Positions 37,016 to 50,418 of a stretch of DNA of 64,000 bases are shown piece by piece. Numbering within the stretch: position 1 is the first letter of the stretch; each line of letters starts with the position of its first letter. The notes beneath the pieces are model-generated. The model was not told the DNA's origin, made no database searches, and worked only from the letters and a program-made list of their open reading frames with translations. The position numbers and the translations under genes are program-made. Origin of the DNA: Octopus sinensis (Eukaryota); the NCBI RefSeq assembly GCF_006345805.1, contig NW_021832231.1, positions 620,001 through 684,000 on the forward strand, given 5' to 3'.

Positions 37016-40000
37016 ATGGCAAACCATATTCTCGACTTAACCAAATCACACATTTATTTATTAAAATGTAATTTTTTTCAAAAAATGGTACTTTAATACC
37101 TATTTTATACATATTCCAGATTACAGAGTCAATGCTCAAAATAATCGAGGAATTCGATTCCTTACAGACAAATATCAGCACCGAAAGTAATTTATTTAAA
37201 TTTAAACAGAATTTGACATTATTCCCGTCATCAAGACATTTGTTGACGCCCTATCCCGCTCTGCAGAATGCTCGATCGAATTCTCCCTCCTAAACCTGAA
37301 AACGCTAAAAAAGATTTTGTATTTTCTGTCCAACTGTACATTCGAAATGACTATTTTTAGCCCAAATTGACCGATCTGTAAAGTCGAATGTCGCTTTCAT
37401 CACAGTTAATTCGATTGTTGGCATCAAAAGTGTCACTGATGGGGAAAATGGGGAATTTTTAGTTGCCAATATTGTGGAGGTTGGTCACTGAAAGTTTTTT
37501 TTAAAGATTTTTGGAGCAATTTTGACTTCTAGTTTGGTTACTTGTCTGTCTTGTGGTCTCATTTGCGACTCTCTGCGGTGGTGCTTCTCGTTTTATTTCG
37601 ACCTCCACCTCAACAGTTAGTATTAATTTTATTTAATTACAATATTTATTTAATACTTAACTATTTAAGAGTGGATTCGTAAAAGATTAGAAGGAATAAT
37701 AACCGATTCAATTTATTTGATATTCACAAATATGCCCTCAGTTTCGATTCAACCAGACAAACCATCTGCCGAGGACACCTCTTCCTTGGACTCCCACACC
37801 ACCGAGAGTATTGACGGGCTACTTAATGCCTCAGTGGATAGTCGAGTCTCCAACAAATGCACGAGGGAGATTCTGAGATTTCTCGTATCTCTGATTGACG
37901 TGGAAGACAAACACAATGACGAGATTCGAGTTGTTTTTGGTCTGGAATTGCTTTCGATTGTCCTCTCAACTCCTAATTTGTCATCCCAGACACACCTCAC
38001 TCCTCTCATTCGAACAGAAATGTCGAAAAAGCTATTTATTGTATATTGGTTAACCAATGAATTAATTTAGTTGGCGGGGACTAATTCATTCAATCTGTTC
38101 AGTCGGTCTTTGATTCTGTCCTTCAACATGTTTTCAAAGTTACTGCCATTTTTGAGAATTCCATTCGAAGTAGTGTTCAAATTAATGGTCAGTTATATAT
38201 TGTCAAACTGGTCGGCCGGCTGGGGAGTGGGACGTGTGTGTCTGCGGCCAATGACCTCGCCTGTGAACTGTTGTGTGGCTTCCTGAGTCAAGAAGATGTG
38301 CCCCTCCAGTTGTACGTTAACTATGATTGCCACCCCTCGTCCGCCAATGTCCTCGAACTTATAATCTCGGCCCTTTTTAAGGTGAGGGAGTAACTTATTG
38401 CAGCAAGTGTCATTTATTGGGACATCTTCCTCGAATGGTGTCTTTTCTGCCAGCTGCATGTCTTCACTCCGCAGTCTGTTGTCTCCTCTCGAACATATTT
38501 ACAAACGGAACCAAATGTCCTCTCCCATGTCAGGTAGGAATGTCTAACCACGTTTTAGACACATTCCGAACGATACATCGACACGGGAACCACTGCAGTG
38601 TTCTACAAACCCCACAAAAACTCAGCCCCGTTGATATAAGTCACAAAATGGAGCACAAGAAGGTTATTTCACAAAAATATTTGCAGAGAGTGCATGAGTG
38701 TATAAAAATGTTTGGGGACAGTCCAAGCCGGTGTTTTCAACGACTTGTGGAGTTGGGGGCAGTTCCGAGCTGTGATCCCGCGGATTTGGTCTCTTTTATA
38801 TCAGAATACTACGAATATATCGACATTACTGCCCTCGGAATATTCTTTGGCAAGCAGAGCAACAGAGATGTATTGACAGCTTTCTTGGAGTTGTGTTGTT
38901 TGTCAGTGATGGTAGGTCGTATGACTTTGCTGGTCTGAGAATGGACTCTGCGATTCGGAAGTTCCTCGACGACTTTCATTTGCCAGGCGAGGCCCCGGTC
39001 ATTGCGAATATTTTGGAGGTTTTCGTGAGGCGTTTTATGGTGATGGTGAGTGGATATTGGTAGAAGTGTAATGAGGGAGTGTTTGGGAGTTACGACGAGG
39101 CATTTCTCCTGGCCAATGGAATAATGGTCCTCAACGTGGACCAGCACAACAAATTACTACAAGCCACTAACAAACCAATGACATGTCACGTATTCCCTGA
39201 TTGCTCATTTCCTCAGGAATTTATTGAGAGTGTCGGAGGGACTAAAAACCTGAACGAATGCACAGAAATGCTCAAACAGATATATAATTCTGTCAAGTTA
39301 GTCACCTGCTTGTAGTCTAGGATGTCTGAGATTGTAATAACTGCCACCAAGAGTGGAAGTAGTAGAGACAAATATCTCTGGAATGTATTGGTCGCTGTTA
39401 TTTGTAGAAAAAACACGAAACTTGTACCAACGACAGTTATATCCAGGCTGAAGGGAGTTTGTGTGACTCTGAAATATTTCTTCTCTTCTGGAGTTCTTCT
39501 GTGGCTGCTCTATCTTACGTTTTTGATAAGGAAATAACTGCAATGTCAGTACAGGATATCCTCGAGTCCTACAAGTTAATTAAATATCATTAATTGATTA
39601 GGAAATGTGCTTCGATTGCAGTCCACTTTAACTTGATTGCCATTTTTGACTCGATCACAATCGCCTTGTTTAGAATGTCGCATCTCCTTAATGATTCTCA
39701 CGTTTTTAATGGTTGACCAATTTTTTAATAGAATGGCGGGAAAACGTCTTTTGTCGAAATTTTTGCAAATAATGAGAAGGCGCAATTGGCTGGGAAAACT
39801 GCTTTTGATTTGGTGGCACAGCACGGGGATCTCATGCGTGATGGATGGAAGAATGTTTTGGAGGCTCTCCTCAGTTTATACACAGCCAGACTCCTCCCAT
39901 CAACTTTGATTGAAGTTGGTCGTTGTTTATATACTCCAGGTGGACAGTCTGTTTGAAAGTGGGAAGAAGCGTTCTCTTAATAAAGTTCTCGATCTCAAAA

Positions 40001-41878
40001 AAACCTCAAAAAACTCTACAGGCGCACTCTCGTCTTTGTTTAACTTTTTTTCGTCAAACAACAACGAGAACACATTGAGGGGTGAATGTCCATCATTGAG
40101 CAAGGCACAGAGCATTGTGTCCGAATGGAAGATTGAAATGATTGTGAGTAATATGAAGTCCCTACACAGCCAATCCCTTGTTGAATTTATTAAGGTTAGT
40201 CAAGAACTCCCAGACCTGTTTAGATACTGACTGATTGTATTCTCGATCCAAATTGCCTAGTGGGAGTGCACGGTTGCAGTATGTCAGAACCCTCTCTTCT
40301 TTTTTATGACATTCTTGTCCGAGTTGCAATCAATAATCGGTTTGGGTGGTTGGATTCATTAACAGAGATCGACTGTCACTGTTTTTCCAGTCAGTCAAAA
40401 CATGTGTGCTTCATTTGGTTACCAGTTCTGCTTATCCGGCCTTACTGGTGGAGGAAGTCATCCACGGGTATCTCCGAATACTTACTTCCTTCATAAACCA
40501 GGAGGTGATTCCATATGAGGTAAAAGGATTATTTAATTCTGGAGGTGATGAGCTTAATGACTTGTTTCTTGTCTTTGAATTTGGACAAAATAGAGTATTC
40601 CCGGACATCTTTGCTGCTTGTGGGTTTCGTGGCCACTTTCCTGCAGAATCATTACTTACTGCTGGAGTGTTCCGACGGTCTCCCAATATGTTTTCTGGTC
40701 ATTGAAGTATTCACTGCCTGTGTGGTCCTGCCTGATAATTTGATAAGTCACTGTCAGCAAAGTTTGTCCAATAATGTTTAAATTCCATTTAGAGACTCAA
40801 TGTTCCGCCGGCGATGATTTGAGTCGGTGGTTTGACTATGTGAGCACTGACCGAATCCCCATCGGGGCAATACAGATGACCAAACTGTCTATCGGAGTGG
40901 ATATCCTCGAGCAGCTTGTGAACGGGGGGTTTTGTGCAGAGGTGACCCACCTGGAATCATTCGTCCATTTCATAGCAGCTCTGTGTTCGGCCGTCTATCA
41001 ATGTTATTTTGACAATTTGAACTAAATAGGTCACACGGAGAAGGAGAAAACGTTACAGGACGTAGAACCTTCAGTAGCCACGGAATATTTGTCAAAACTA
41101 TCACTGAAAGTTGATTTGAATGTGTATTCTGCAGGTTATGGACGCGACCAGTTCTGTTTGTGTGCAGTTGGCTAGTTCAGAGAGAGTGAAGAGTTCTGAC
41201 TGGTGGCGTGTTCTCCTAAGCCGTATATTCTGATGAACTACATAGAAATGGCACTATACACTCAGGACGATCGTCCTGTTATCAGATTGTACTCATTCGA
41301 CTGCATTCAAAAGTCTCTTGTGCATGACCGGTTGTTCGTCATTGGCAGTCAGACGTGGAATCAGTGTTTTAGCATGGTGTGCTGTTGTGTGGCTATTTCA
41401 GATCATTTTCCCTATATTCAGTCGAATGTTGGCTCGCAGTCAGGAAGGGGAGGACGTGGTGAGGATAAGGGCTGTTTCCATGCTTTGCAAAGTATTTTTA
41501 TTTTTTATATCCTCAGATTTTTATAAGAAATGTCAACTTTTTTGCGAGTTGTGACAGCTTTGGTGTTTTTTGGAAGAAAATTGTCGAATTGGTTTGTGCA
41601 ATGGCAGCCTCGTCAGACAAGAACGAGTCATTGGTTAATTTGGCTTATCTATTTCTCAGAGAAATGGCATTTTAGATCAGTTTAAGACTGTTTTGATGGT
41701 TGTCAAGTCGATGAGGTTGCTCTGTCGTCAGGAATCGGGTTCCGAATTGTTGGTTGAGACTGTGGAACGACTGAGGCAACTTGCACCTGAGTTGGTGGGA
41801 GAGTTGACCGAGAAAGATGAGCCCAAGGAAGACCCTAAGGAAGAGTGTGTTCTATATCCTCCACTCCCAATTATATAA
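37016..41878 (+). CDS. GBF1: Golgi Arf-GEF GBF1 (DCB-HUS-Sec7-HDS), many mini-introns
   Basis: HUS box LYVNYDC; Sec7 catalytic FHLPGEAPVI; IMVLNVDQHN; MRDGWKNVLE; INNRDRL. Confidence 0.9.
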
Positions 41879-42044
41879 ACAATTTAACATATATTTATGT
41901 AATAAATATTGTACTCATAATGTCCTATTTATATTGAATACAGCGGCGTTACAGCAACTCTATTCAGTTTGAAAATGCGATAATTATCAATCCAAAATGA
42001 TATCTTTGTCCAGTATATTTTATGAAGATGCAATAATTATCACT

Positions 42045-43988
42045 CCAATTTGCGCACGTTGTTGTTGTGGTGCACTTTTTCTGTTTATTTGTTATTCAAT
42101 TATCTGTTGTTTCTATGTAATATTTCTGATCTATCTAATCCTTTCCTATCCATCTAATCTTTCTCTGTCTATTTCTTTCTATCCATTATTTGTTCTGTTC
42201 TCATTCTTTCATTTCCTTCATTTCATCCCACTTTTAATCCCGTTTCCCCCTGCTCAATCTGCAACATGGTTTAACAAAAGAAAGAAGGGCCGTCCCTGCT
42301 TATCGTGTTCTCTGTTCTTTCATTTTTCTTGTGTCTCCCTTTACCGCCGCACTTCGGAACGTATTCCATCTTGAGTCTGTCCCGCTTGTCTTTCCGGCAC
42401 CCCATTACTTTCTCCCCCCATCCGCCATTGCCACTCTCGGCACTCGCTGCTCCGCAGATTCCTTCCCTTTCTCTGACCCTGTATTCGGGACCCATTCTAG
42501 CCCTTTTGTTCTCAAATCCATCAAACTCCTCCGCCGCCTCCGGCAAATCCCGTACAGAATCCCAAAAGCTGCTCGTATCCTAGCTGCTTCCTCTTTGTCC
42601 ACCTCAATTAATGACGCTGGCCTCCGACGGGCAATCTTATTGGCTTAGGTTGTTCTGCTTTGCCTCTTTCGGCCTCGGCTTTCTCCCATCCAGTAACAAA
42701 ACCTCCCCCTCGCTTGCTACGACCGTCAAACATGAACTGTCCTCGTACGACGGGAACTGTTTTTCTCCTGGCTGGCTCCAGGCCTATCTCGCCAATTCAG
42801 AGTCCCCCTTAATCCCCAAATCGGAATGCACCTCCGTACGATGACGACTACCTCTACAGAAAAGTTAATTGCAAACTTATGGACGGCGATGTCCGCGGTA
42901 CTGTCAGGCTTTTCGCCTCGTCGAGTTCCCTTTTGTCATCGACACCCGCAGTTCTGAAATCTCTCAGAGAAAAACATCCCTCTCAGCCCCACGACTTGAG
43001 ACCTCAGCCGCCTCCTGCCACTCTCGCTGTCAATCCCTTCATGGTCTCGGAAGACCTCGTACTGAAAGCCTTGAGGAATTTTTCCCCAGGAAGCAGCGGT
43101 GGAGTAGACGGCCTGAGGCCTGGTCATCTAAAAGATCTAACTTCTCCCACCACCGCCGAAACTGGACGGAGGTTGCTACGCTCGATTACCAACTTGTGCA
43201 ACCGTTTCATTTCGGGCTCTCTCCCTGACTTTGCACGTGGAATTTTCTTTTCCGCCAACCTTACTGCCCTTGGGAAAAAGGACAACGGCGTGAGACCCAT
43301 TGCCGTTGGGAATATCTTTCGGAGGCTCTCTGCCAAACTTCTGTGCCACGCAATTGTCCCCTTTTTGTCTCAGGAGTTTCTCCCCGTCCAACTCGGGGTT
43401 GGTGTCCCAAACTGCTGCGAAGCGGCCGTTCATTCGATCCGTGAACTCATTGAATCTTCTCAGTCGGCAAACTAGACGTCTTAAACGCCTTTAATACCAT
43501 CAGAAGTGACCACCTTCTGGAGTGCTGCCGCGAACTGGTTCCGTTTGCTTATCCCCTCGTACATCTTTCATACGCTTCCCCGAGTATCCTTATGTTCGAA
43601 GATGTTCCCATCTCTTCGGCCACCGGGGTCCAACAGGGCGATCCCCTGGGTCCTGTCCTTTTTGCCTTGGGCGTTAACAGCATCGCTCACTCTGTTCGAT
43701 CCCCAGTTGACATATGGTAGCTGGATGACGCGACCATTTGCGGTCCCCCCGATGCTGTTTTTGACGACCTTCGTTTTATCCTTCCTTCCCTCTCGGACAT
43801 CGGCCTATCTATAAATGCCGATAAATCCGAAATCGTGAACATTGTCACTTCACTGCTTCAATTTCCACGTCCGGATCACGGACAAATCAAATTTTTTTTC
43901 TATGCAAATCTGGCTTTCGACGATCCAGGCTGGACTCAGGCATCCCTGCCTGTGCGCTGGGGCGGCCTTGGCTTGAGATCCTCTAGAC
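42045..43988 (+). mobile_element. CRE-clade non-LTR retrotransposon 5' part (PHD finger + RT), frameshifted, interrupted by hAT
   Basis: GSSGGVDGLRP, VRPIAVG, QLGVG, NAFNTI, GVQQGDPLGP, LDDA, LPVRWGGLG; pyrimidine-rich leader. Confidence 0.88.
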
Positions 43989-46900
43989 CAGTGGTTCTCA
44001 ACCTTTATTTTTGTATCGCCCCCTTGGAATTTTTTTCGCCCCTCCAATTTTTATATCGCCCCCTTATTTCATTAGTAAAAATTTTTATTTAAAAAATAAG
44101 AGTTTTAATGAGATCCTTGTGGTTGATGAAGATTGACAAGTTTTTCAAAATTTGTACTTCTTTCGTAAGTGTAATTCTAATGTCGCCTCTTTCTTCTATA
44201 TTTAGTTTGTTTCTTTTTTCCGATCATACTATTCAGAGTGCTGAATCCTCTCTCTACGCAGTATGACGTAGGAAAACATAATATTATTGGCATCATTTTT
44301 TCCCATATCTCGGGAATTTCATTTTTATAGATTTTTCTCCCCAGAATTGTGTCAGGTTTTCATTTTTAAATTTTATTTTCAGTTCTTCGTCGTTTTTTAG
44401 TTCTATTAATTCTTCTTGACATTCATCATCAGAATCATAATGAATGGGCAACCAAGGATTAATCATCCAATCAGAAAAGTTTAAATTAATTAAATCTTCA
44501 AATCTTTTTTTCAAATTTTGTTCCAAAGATTCTAAATGAAATTCATAAATTTTCAGATCGTTGTCATCAAAAGTGTGGTCATAAAAATCGAATTTTCCAA
44601 ATTTTATATTACTTAAATTAAATTTGTAAAATTGAATTTTTTCAATGAATGTATTTATAATTTGTTTGCAATCAATTAAATTAACATAATCTCCTTATAA
44701 AGCCAATGAAACTTCATCCAATTTAAATAAAAAATATTTTTTCTATGAATTTTGCAGGAATTAAACAATTTAAATTCTTCTTGTAATCTTAAAAAATCAA
44801 CAATTGCATCAAATAATATCACAAATCTTTCAAGACAATTTCCCTTGGATAACCATCTTACTTCGGTATGTAAAAGTAACCTAACATAATCTTCATTTTG
44901 ATCAGTGCAGTATTCACGAAAAATACGATCGTACTTGCTGTTTCTTTTAATTTTATTGACTTTGATAACAATTTGCATTGATGCATTCAATTCTTCAGAT
45001 AATTTTTTGCAATTAAATGATGCCGATGTAAAATACAATGAATTGAAGTGGACATTGGAGATTTTTGTTTTAGAAAAGCTAAAAAACCACGATATTTTCC
45101 AACCATAGCCATTGCGCCATCAGTTGCGCACGATAAAATATGTTCAAATGGAATATCATTTGTCACCGGTTTTATAGCCCACCGGGTTGGATAACCCACC
45201 ATCGAAAAAACTACCAAAAAAATATAAATATAATCTAAAAATCATCAGAAAATATAATTAACTTTGATTTTCATCTTTTTTATTAGTTTTTATATTTCTG
45301 CCTGTTGCATAAATCACACATCATTCATTTGTGCTTTACATTTTTAAAATAAATAAAATTTTATTTAATGGGAGTCAATAAAAAATAAGAATTAATTCAT
45401 TAAAAAAAATTAAAATTTTAATCAAATTTTTTTTAATCTACTTAAATGCACGTTTGATACTGTTTTTCCATTATCTTTATTAATAGTACACGTAGTTTCA
45501 AATTTTTCTGAAACTGTGTACTTATTTATTTCCAGTTCGTCATCGTCATATAATGGGTATCTACGGTTACCAGGGTTATCATCCCTGTCGTGTTTCAGCA
45601 GCACTGTATCTCCAATTTCAATGTCTTCTGCGTCATATTTCCACTTACGACGTTTTTTCATTTTCTCTCAGCTTTAACAAGGTTTTCATGCACTTGTTTC
45701 TCAGTTCTTTTATCGTCATTTTCAAAATAATTCGAATTGACTCATCACTTGGTTTTGGATTTGTTCCGTCGAACATAACAATGCATTTATTTGATCTTCT
45801 GTTCTCTCCGAATCTCTTTTATCCCCATAAAATTTTAAAGGGCACCCATTCGTAGTTTCATGTTGTGTAGTGTTATATTTGTATACAATTTCTTGATAAA
45901 ATTCTTGAATTTCCCTAGCATTCCGTTGTATGCACTTGTAGAGCTAATCTATCTTTTATTGATTGATTAAACTTACAATAAATTGACTATAAGGAACCTC
46001 TCCACTTGCCCCTGAACGCAGGGTGCTCTAGGTCGTCCACATATATGAGTGTGTTAATTCGGAGCACATTAATTCCATGCATTTATTCTTGAACTCTTTC
46101 CCATTGTCTGTTTGCAAGATAAACGGGGGTCGGATTGAGAAAAAATCTTTTTTAACTTTCTTGTTATTCTTCAGCTGATTTCGTTTTTGCAAGTTTTACA
46201 CTGCAAATTTGGAAAAGGAGTCGATTACAACAACCAACTAAGGCTTATTCAAAAAAGACCCATCCATAATTGCTGTTAAGGTTTGAATATCTCCTTAGAT
46301 CCACTAAATCTGCAATATACCGATCTCTAGGTCCTCTTGCAATTATGGGGGTGATAGTTGGTTTTATTGTCATGAAATTTTTCGACTAACACTGATTAAC
46401 AATTACTTGGCAATAGACACATTTTGCTATCACACTACAAATTTCTTCCTTGTTACTGAATAAATTTGGTTCTTAGTAACGAGAGCATTCTGTCTCTATC
46501 AAAATGAGTATTCATATGCTCGATCTTCAATTGTTTTGAAATGGATACCTCAATAATTTTTAACTTTAGCTCACTTTCTTCTAGAGTAAAAAAACGCAGT
46601 TTTTTATTTCCGACTTTTATATACGTTTTTTCAGGAACTTTGAAGCAAAAACGATTTTAAGCGTCCTGAGCCTTCTCCTTTTCTCTTTATCGTATATAGT
46701 AGTGGTGTCATCAAAATTTTTTATTTCATTAAGTTGGTTGTCGTTAATTTCAAAGAAACCATTTCTAATTGAATTTTATTGAACAACCCTACTTATTTTC
46801 ACGGTTTTTAAGCTTTATGAATAAAAGTTATAGTTTTCACGCTAAATATTTAAAACAAAAAGAACAATAAATTATTAAAATAATTAAGAAAGTCATTTTT

Positions 46901-47757
46901 TCCAATGAAATTAAATATATGACAAATATTATTATTATAAAATATGGCAGTAGGTGGGTTATCCAACCCAGTGGGCTATAAAACCGGTGACATCATTTAA
47001 GAATAAATAAGATTCAAACATTTTGAATATTGACAATCCTGTAGTATCCGTGACTAAAGATTTTGCAAATAATAACTCTTCTTGCAAAATAGAATCATCA
47101 TCGAAATATCTTTATAAAAAGTATTTATAAAAAGTAATACCTTACATATGTCATCAAAATTGAATGATTATCAACGACAACTGATTCGTCAAGTTGGACT
47201 GAAAACTTGCGTTCTCTGAGAAATAAAATTAAAGATTGTTCAATTTCATTAGAAATTTCATCATTTTCTTCGTATAGTGTCGTTGCTTAATGGAATAGTC
47301 TTCATAATATTTGAAGAATCTTTTTGTAAGATATCGTTATAAATAAATTTAAAAACAAGGACGGATGAACATTTTCTGCAATCGAATGGGCATTACCTAT
47401 AAATTAAATAATATACCATTTTTTGCGATTAATCTCTGCAACTTTATATGAATAAGATAATCCAGAGACATTTTGAGATATATTTTTATTAAAGATTGAC
47501 GGTAAGGTGTTTTTATTTTCAAATTCTTTTTTAATTCTAAAAAAAGTCTGGCTTTTTTCCAATTGAATTATGATGTTTTTCGCTTTAAATGTTCAATCAA
47601 ACGAGACGGTTTCATTGCCTCATTCGAAAAAATTGTACCACATTGAAGACAAAGTGGTTTATTAGGATCTTGAGGATCTTTAATAAATCCAGAGCAATAT
47701 ATTCATCTTTATACATTCTGACTTTTTTTGAACACGACCCATAAAGATAACTAGAAA
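43989..47757 (-). mobile_element. hAT/Buster (ZBED5/SCAND3-like) transposon, degenerate, one TIR lost
   Basis: TIR CAGTGGTTCTCAACCT at 43989 after CTCTAGAC; BED (PLCLQCG..NEAMKPSRL), QLDES, TDGA, HCILHR, HTEVRWLSKG, FPTSY. Confidence 0.9.
45161..46992 (-). mobile_element. Ginger2/TDD-like integrase DNA transposon nested in the hAT
   Basis: ~40-bp TIR TGTCACCGGTTTTATAGCCCAC..GGTTGGATAACCCACC; 5-bp TSD TCATT; ADLVDL, VIDSFSKFA, LQTDNGKEF, QGQVER; excision restores the hAT frame (YLFLNDIPFE). Confidence 0.93.
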
Positions 47758-50418
47758 TCTGAATATAATCATCATAGTTCCTCATGACCATGAAAGGATC
47801 ATCAGAGAGCATAGTTTGACATATTTCGCAGAATAAATTAGGCTCCTCCCTGCTGAAAAATCCGCCTCTTATTTGTTCAATACATTCATTAATGAGGACT
47901 CCTTGGATAATAAAAACGACGATTGTATCTACACTTCTTTACTTACAAATATACCCAGAAGTGTAATTTTCCTTAACTTCGTGGATTGTCATTCCGAATA
48001 TAAAATATTTTCCATCCCAACCTGTTCGGCCATTTCTACATTAGGCCCATCAAACGTCCCAGAGTGACAGCCCCGTTCAACTGGCAATAAATCAACTGAC
48101 CAACCATAAATTTCATGTTTCCAGTTCCAGACGCTTCAGTTCCTGCGAGTGAGAGTTGTTCACTCAAATCAGCTGCAGGGACCATTTTCTCTGCAAACGA
48201 CATTTTATAATCCGGAGGACAAACACCCTCAGGTCTTTATTGGTCTCCGGATCACTGTTCACCACAGCAGCCACATGCATATCAATTTTATGATGAGTTT
48301 TGCAATTCTGTAGCCGGGAGGAGCCTTCCCCCCAATTATGACGTCCTGGGACGACAGTGTAGTCATCCAAACCAGCCTTGACCCGTTTGAGGCGGTTGTA
48401 GAGCGTTATTATATGAAGGCAGCTCAGAAGGTGTCGTTTACTTTCTTGAACTGGTTTGATATGCAATCCAAACATGGTCGAGGGGTCAATCAAGAATCCA
48501 AACACTTTTTTAACATACAAAGCGAATTTTTTTATTACTCTATGACATACTGAAACCACAACCTGTTTTATCAAACAAATCTCGTCAATAATCTGTCGAT
48601 CTGACACAAGTGGCCTCAGTTTGTTCAACTCACGCAAATCTGTTATGAATCCGTCGCCAATTTGCTAAAAGTAATACTTAAAACGTACACGGCGAATAAA
48701 ATCTGTCAAAGATGGATTGCAGTAGACTAGCCATCTCCTGGGAGTGATTCCGTTGGTTTTGTTTTGAAACTGGCAGGAGTCATTTTATAAAATCAGGAAA
48801 TCTTGTGATTATACAAAATATTATACACGTCAGTTTTTACTAATTTGAATGAAGTTTGGCGACTCCGTTGACGGAATGTGACCCCACTATGCAAAGATTG
48901 GCCATGTTGACACGTTTGTTACGATCCTCCTCAATCAGACTCATTCTCTCCAAGACATCCTCGTCATTGGGCCAAAAACTCAGAGACCGCCTTGCAAAAT
49001 CACTGCACATTCAACCTGTAAATGCTTGCGATTTATTTTATGGATTATCTGCATTATTCTGGCAACAATTTAGTCAACATTTTTAGTGGCCATCGCTCGA
49101 GTGCCTCGGGAAGGATAGTGTGGTTGGTATATCCGAACGTTCTTTTGCAGATATCCCAAGAATAGACCAATCAAGGCCTTCGACGTCCACCAACAGTCTC
49201 ATCAATTCAGGAACAGCCAAGGATGGACTCGTATCGTTCATTTGAATGGCCACCTACTAATTTATAATAACCAATTGCCTTTTCTGGAAACTGGTCGAAT
49301 GAAGTCCTAGGTTCTTTCGAGTCCTTGTACCGCCGAATAATATCCTGGAGAGTCGCTGAGGCCAGGAAGTACTCTTGTTTGAGACGGAGTTCCTTATCTT
49401 TAAATCTCTTGAAATAAAGGACATTAATACCTCGTCATTTGGATAGAGGACACGTGTTATGCTTTCAGAAAGGTATGGGTCTCTCATAGCTTTGCCGTAA
49501 TCTCCTGAGTGGACTAGACAGTGACGAAAACTAATAACTTACAGCAATCCAGAAATAATACGGCTGAGGGTTTGGCAGCCCACAAACGCATAGTTATGAC
49601 GTGGTTATTCCCATATCCCGGGACAGGTGTGTCGTAGGGAATTGCATACACAACCTACTTATTAAGAAAAAGATCACTTCAGTGTCAATCCACTGTGTTT
49701 GTCCATCCACTCTGATTGTTTTTCCGTAAAACTTAACAGGAACGATATATTCCTGGATGCACCTCTCCCAGGGATTGCTATACTTTATCCAATTGTCAAG
49801 CTCTTCTCTCTTAATTAATTTAAAATAAAATTTAGACATGGTCGGTATCGTAAATTACTTGAGTAAATACGCCATATTCATAGCGCAGTCCATAACCCAT
49901 GCCTGCAATGCCCAAAGTAGCCATCGAGTCAAGATAACAGGCAGCCAGTCTTCCCAGTCCACCATTTCCTAAACCAATTTCAGGTTCCATGTTTTCTAAT
50001 TCTTCCAAATCTAGTCCCAGCTGGTTAAATAAGAACATGTTGGACATACTTGATAAACGGCTTCTTCGCACTGCCCGTCTATTCCAACGTTTATCATGGA
50101 ATTTATCAAAAGACGACCGACGTAGAATTCAATGGACAAATAATAAATTCTCTGGGAAAATAAGATCAAGGAAAACCTTGGAATCCAGTTTGTGATGGTG
50201 TTGGCTCGTTCTGATCCACCGGGAAGCCATTTTGTCGCACACCGTGTGAGCCAAAGAGATGTAATAATCACGTTTGGTAGCAATATTGCGGTCCTTGAGG
50301 CGAGAGTTGTGCAAATGACGATTAAAGCTTTGTTTAATGTCTCTTACATCCTTTGGGTCTTGAATATCCTTCCACTGTTCTCCTCTCGTTTTTTAGTGTC
50401 AAAAAATGGATATTGCAT
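47758..50418 (-). pseudogene. PYG: 3'-truncated glycogen phosphorylase copy with many 1-bp indels
   Basis: Lacks the last ~65 codons, is fused to the hAT 5' region and has frameshifts relative to copy 1. Confidence 0.8.

Larger units (their letters stand above)
27172..43422 (+). repeat. ~16.2 kb segment, copy 1
   Basis: Recurs at 47758-63786; ORF translations are identical at offset 20427-20428 over most of its length. Confidence 0.97.

Noticed and set aside
41997-42374. Hydrophobic ORF suggesting a membrane protein
   Set aside because: Translation of the pyrimidine-rich CRE leader; not preserved in copy 2.
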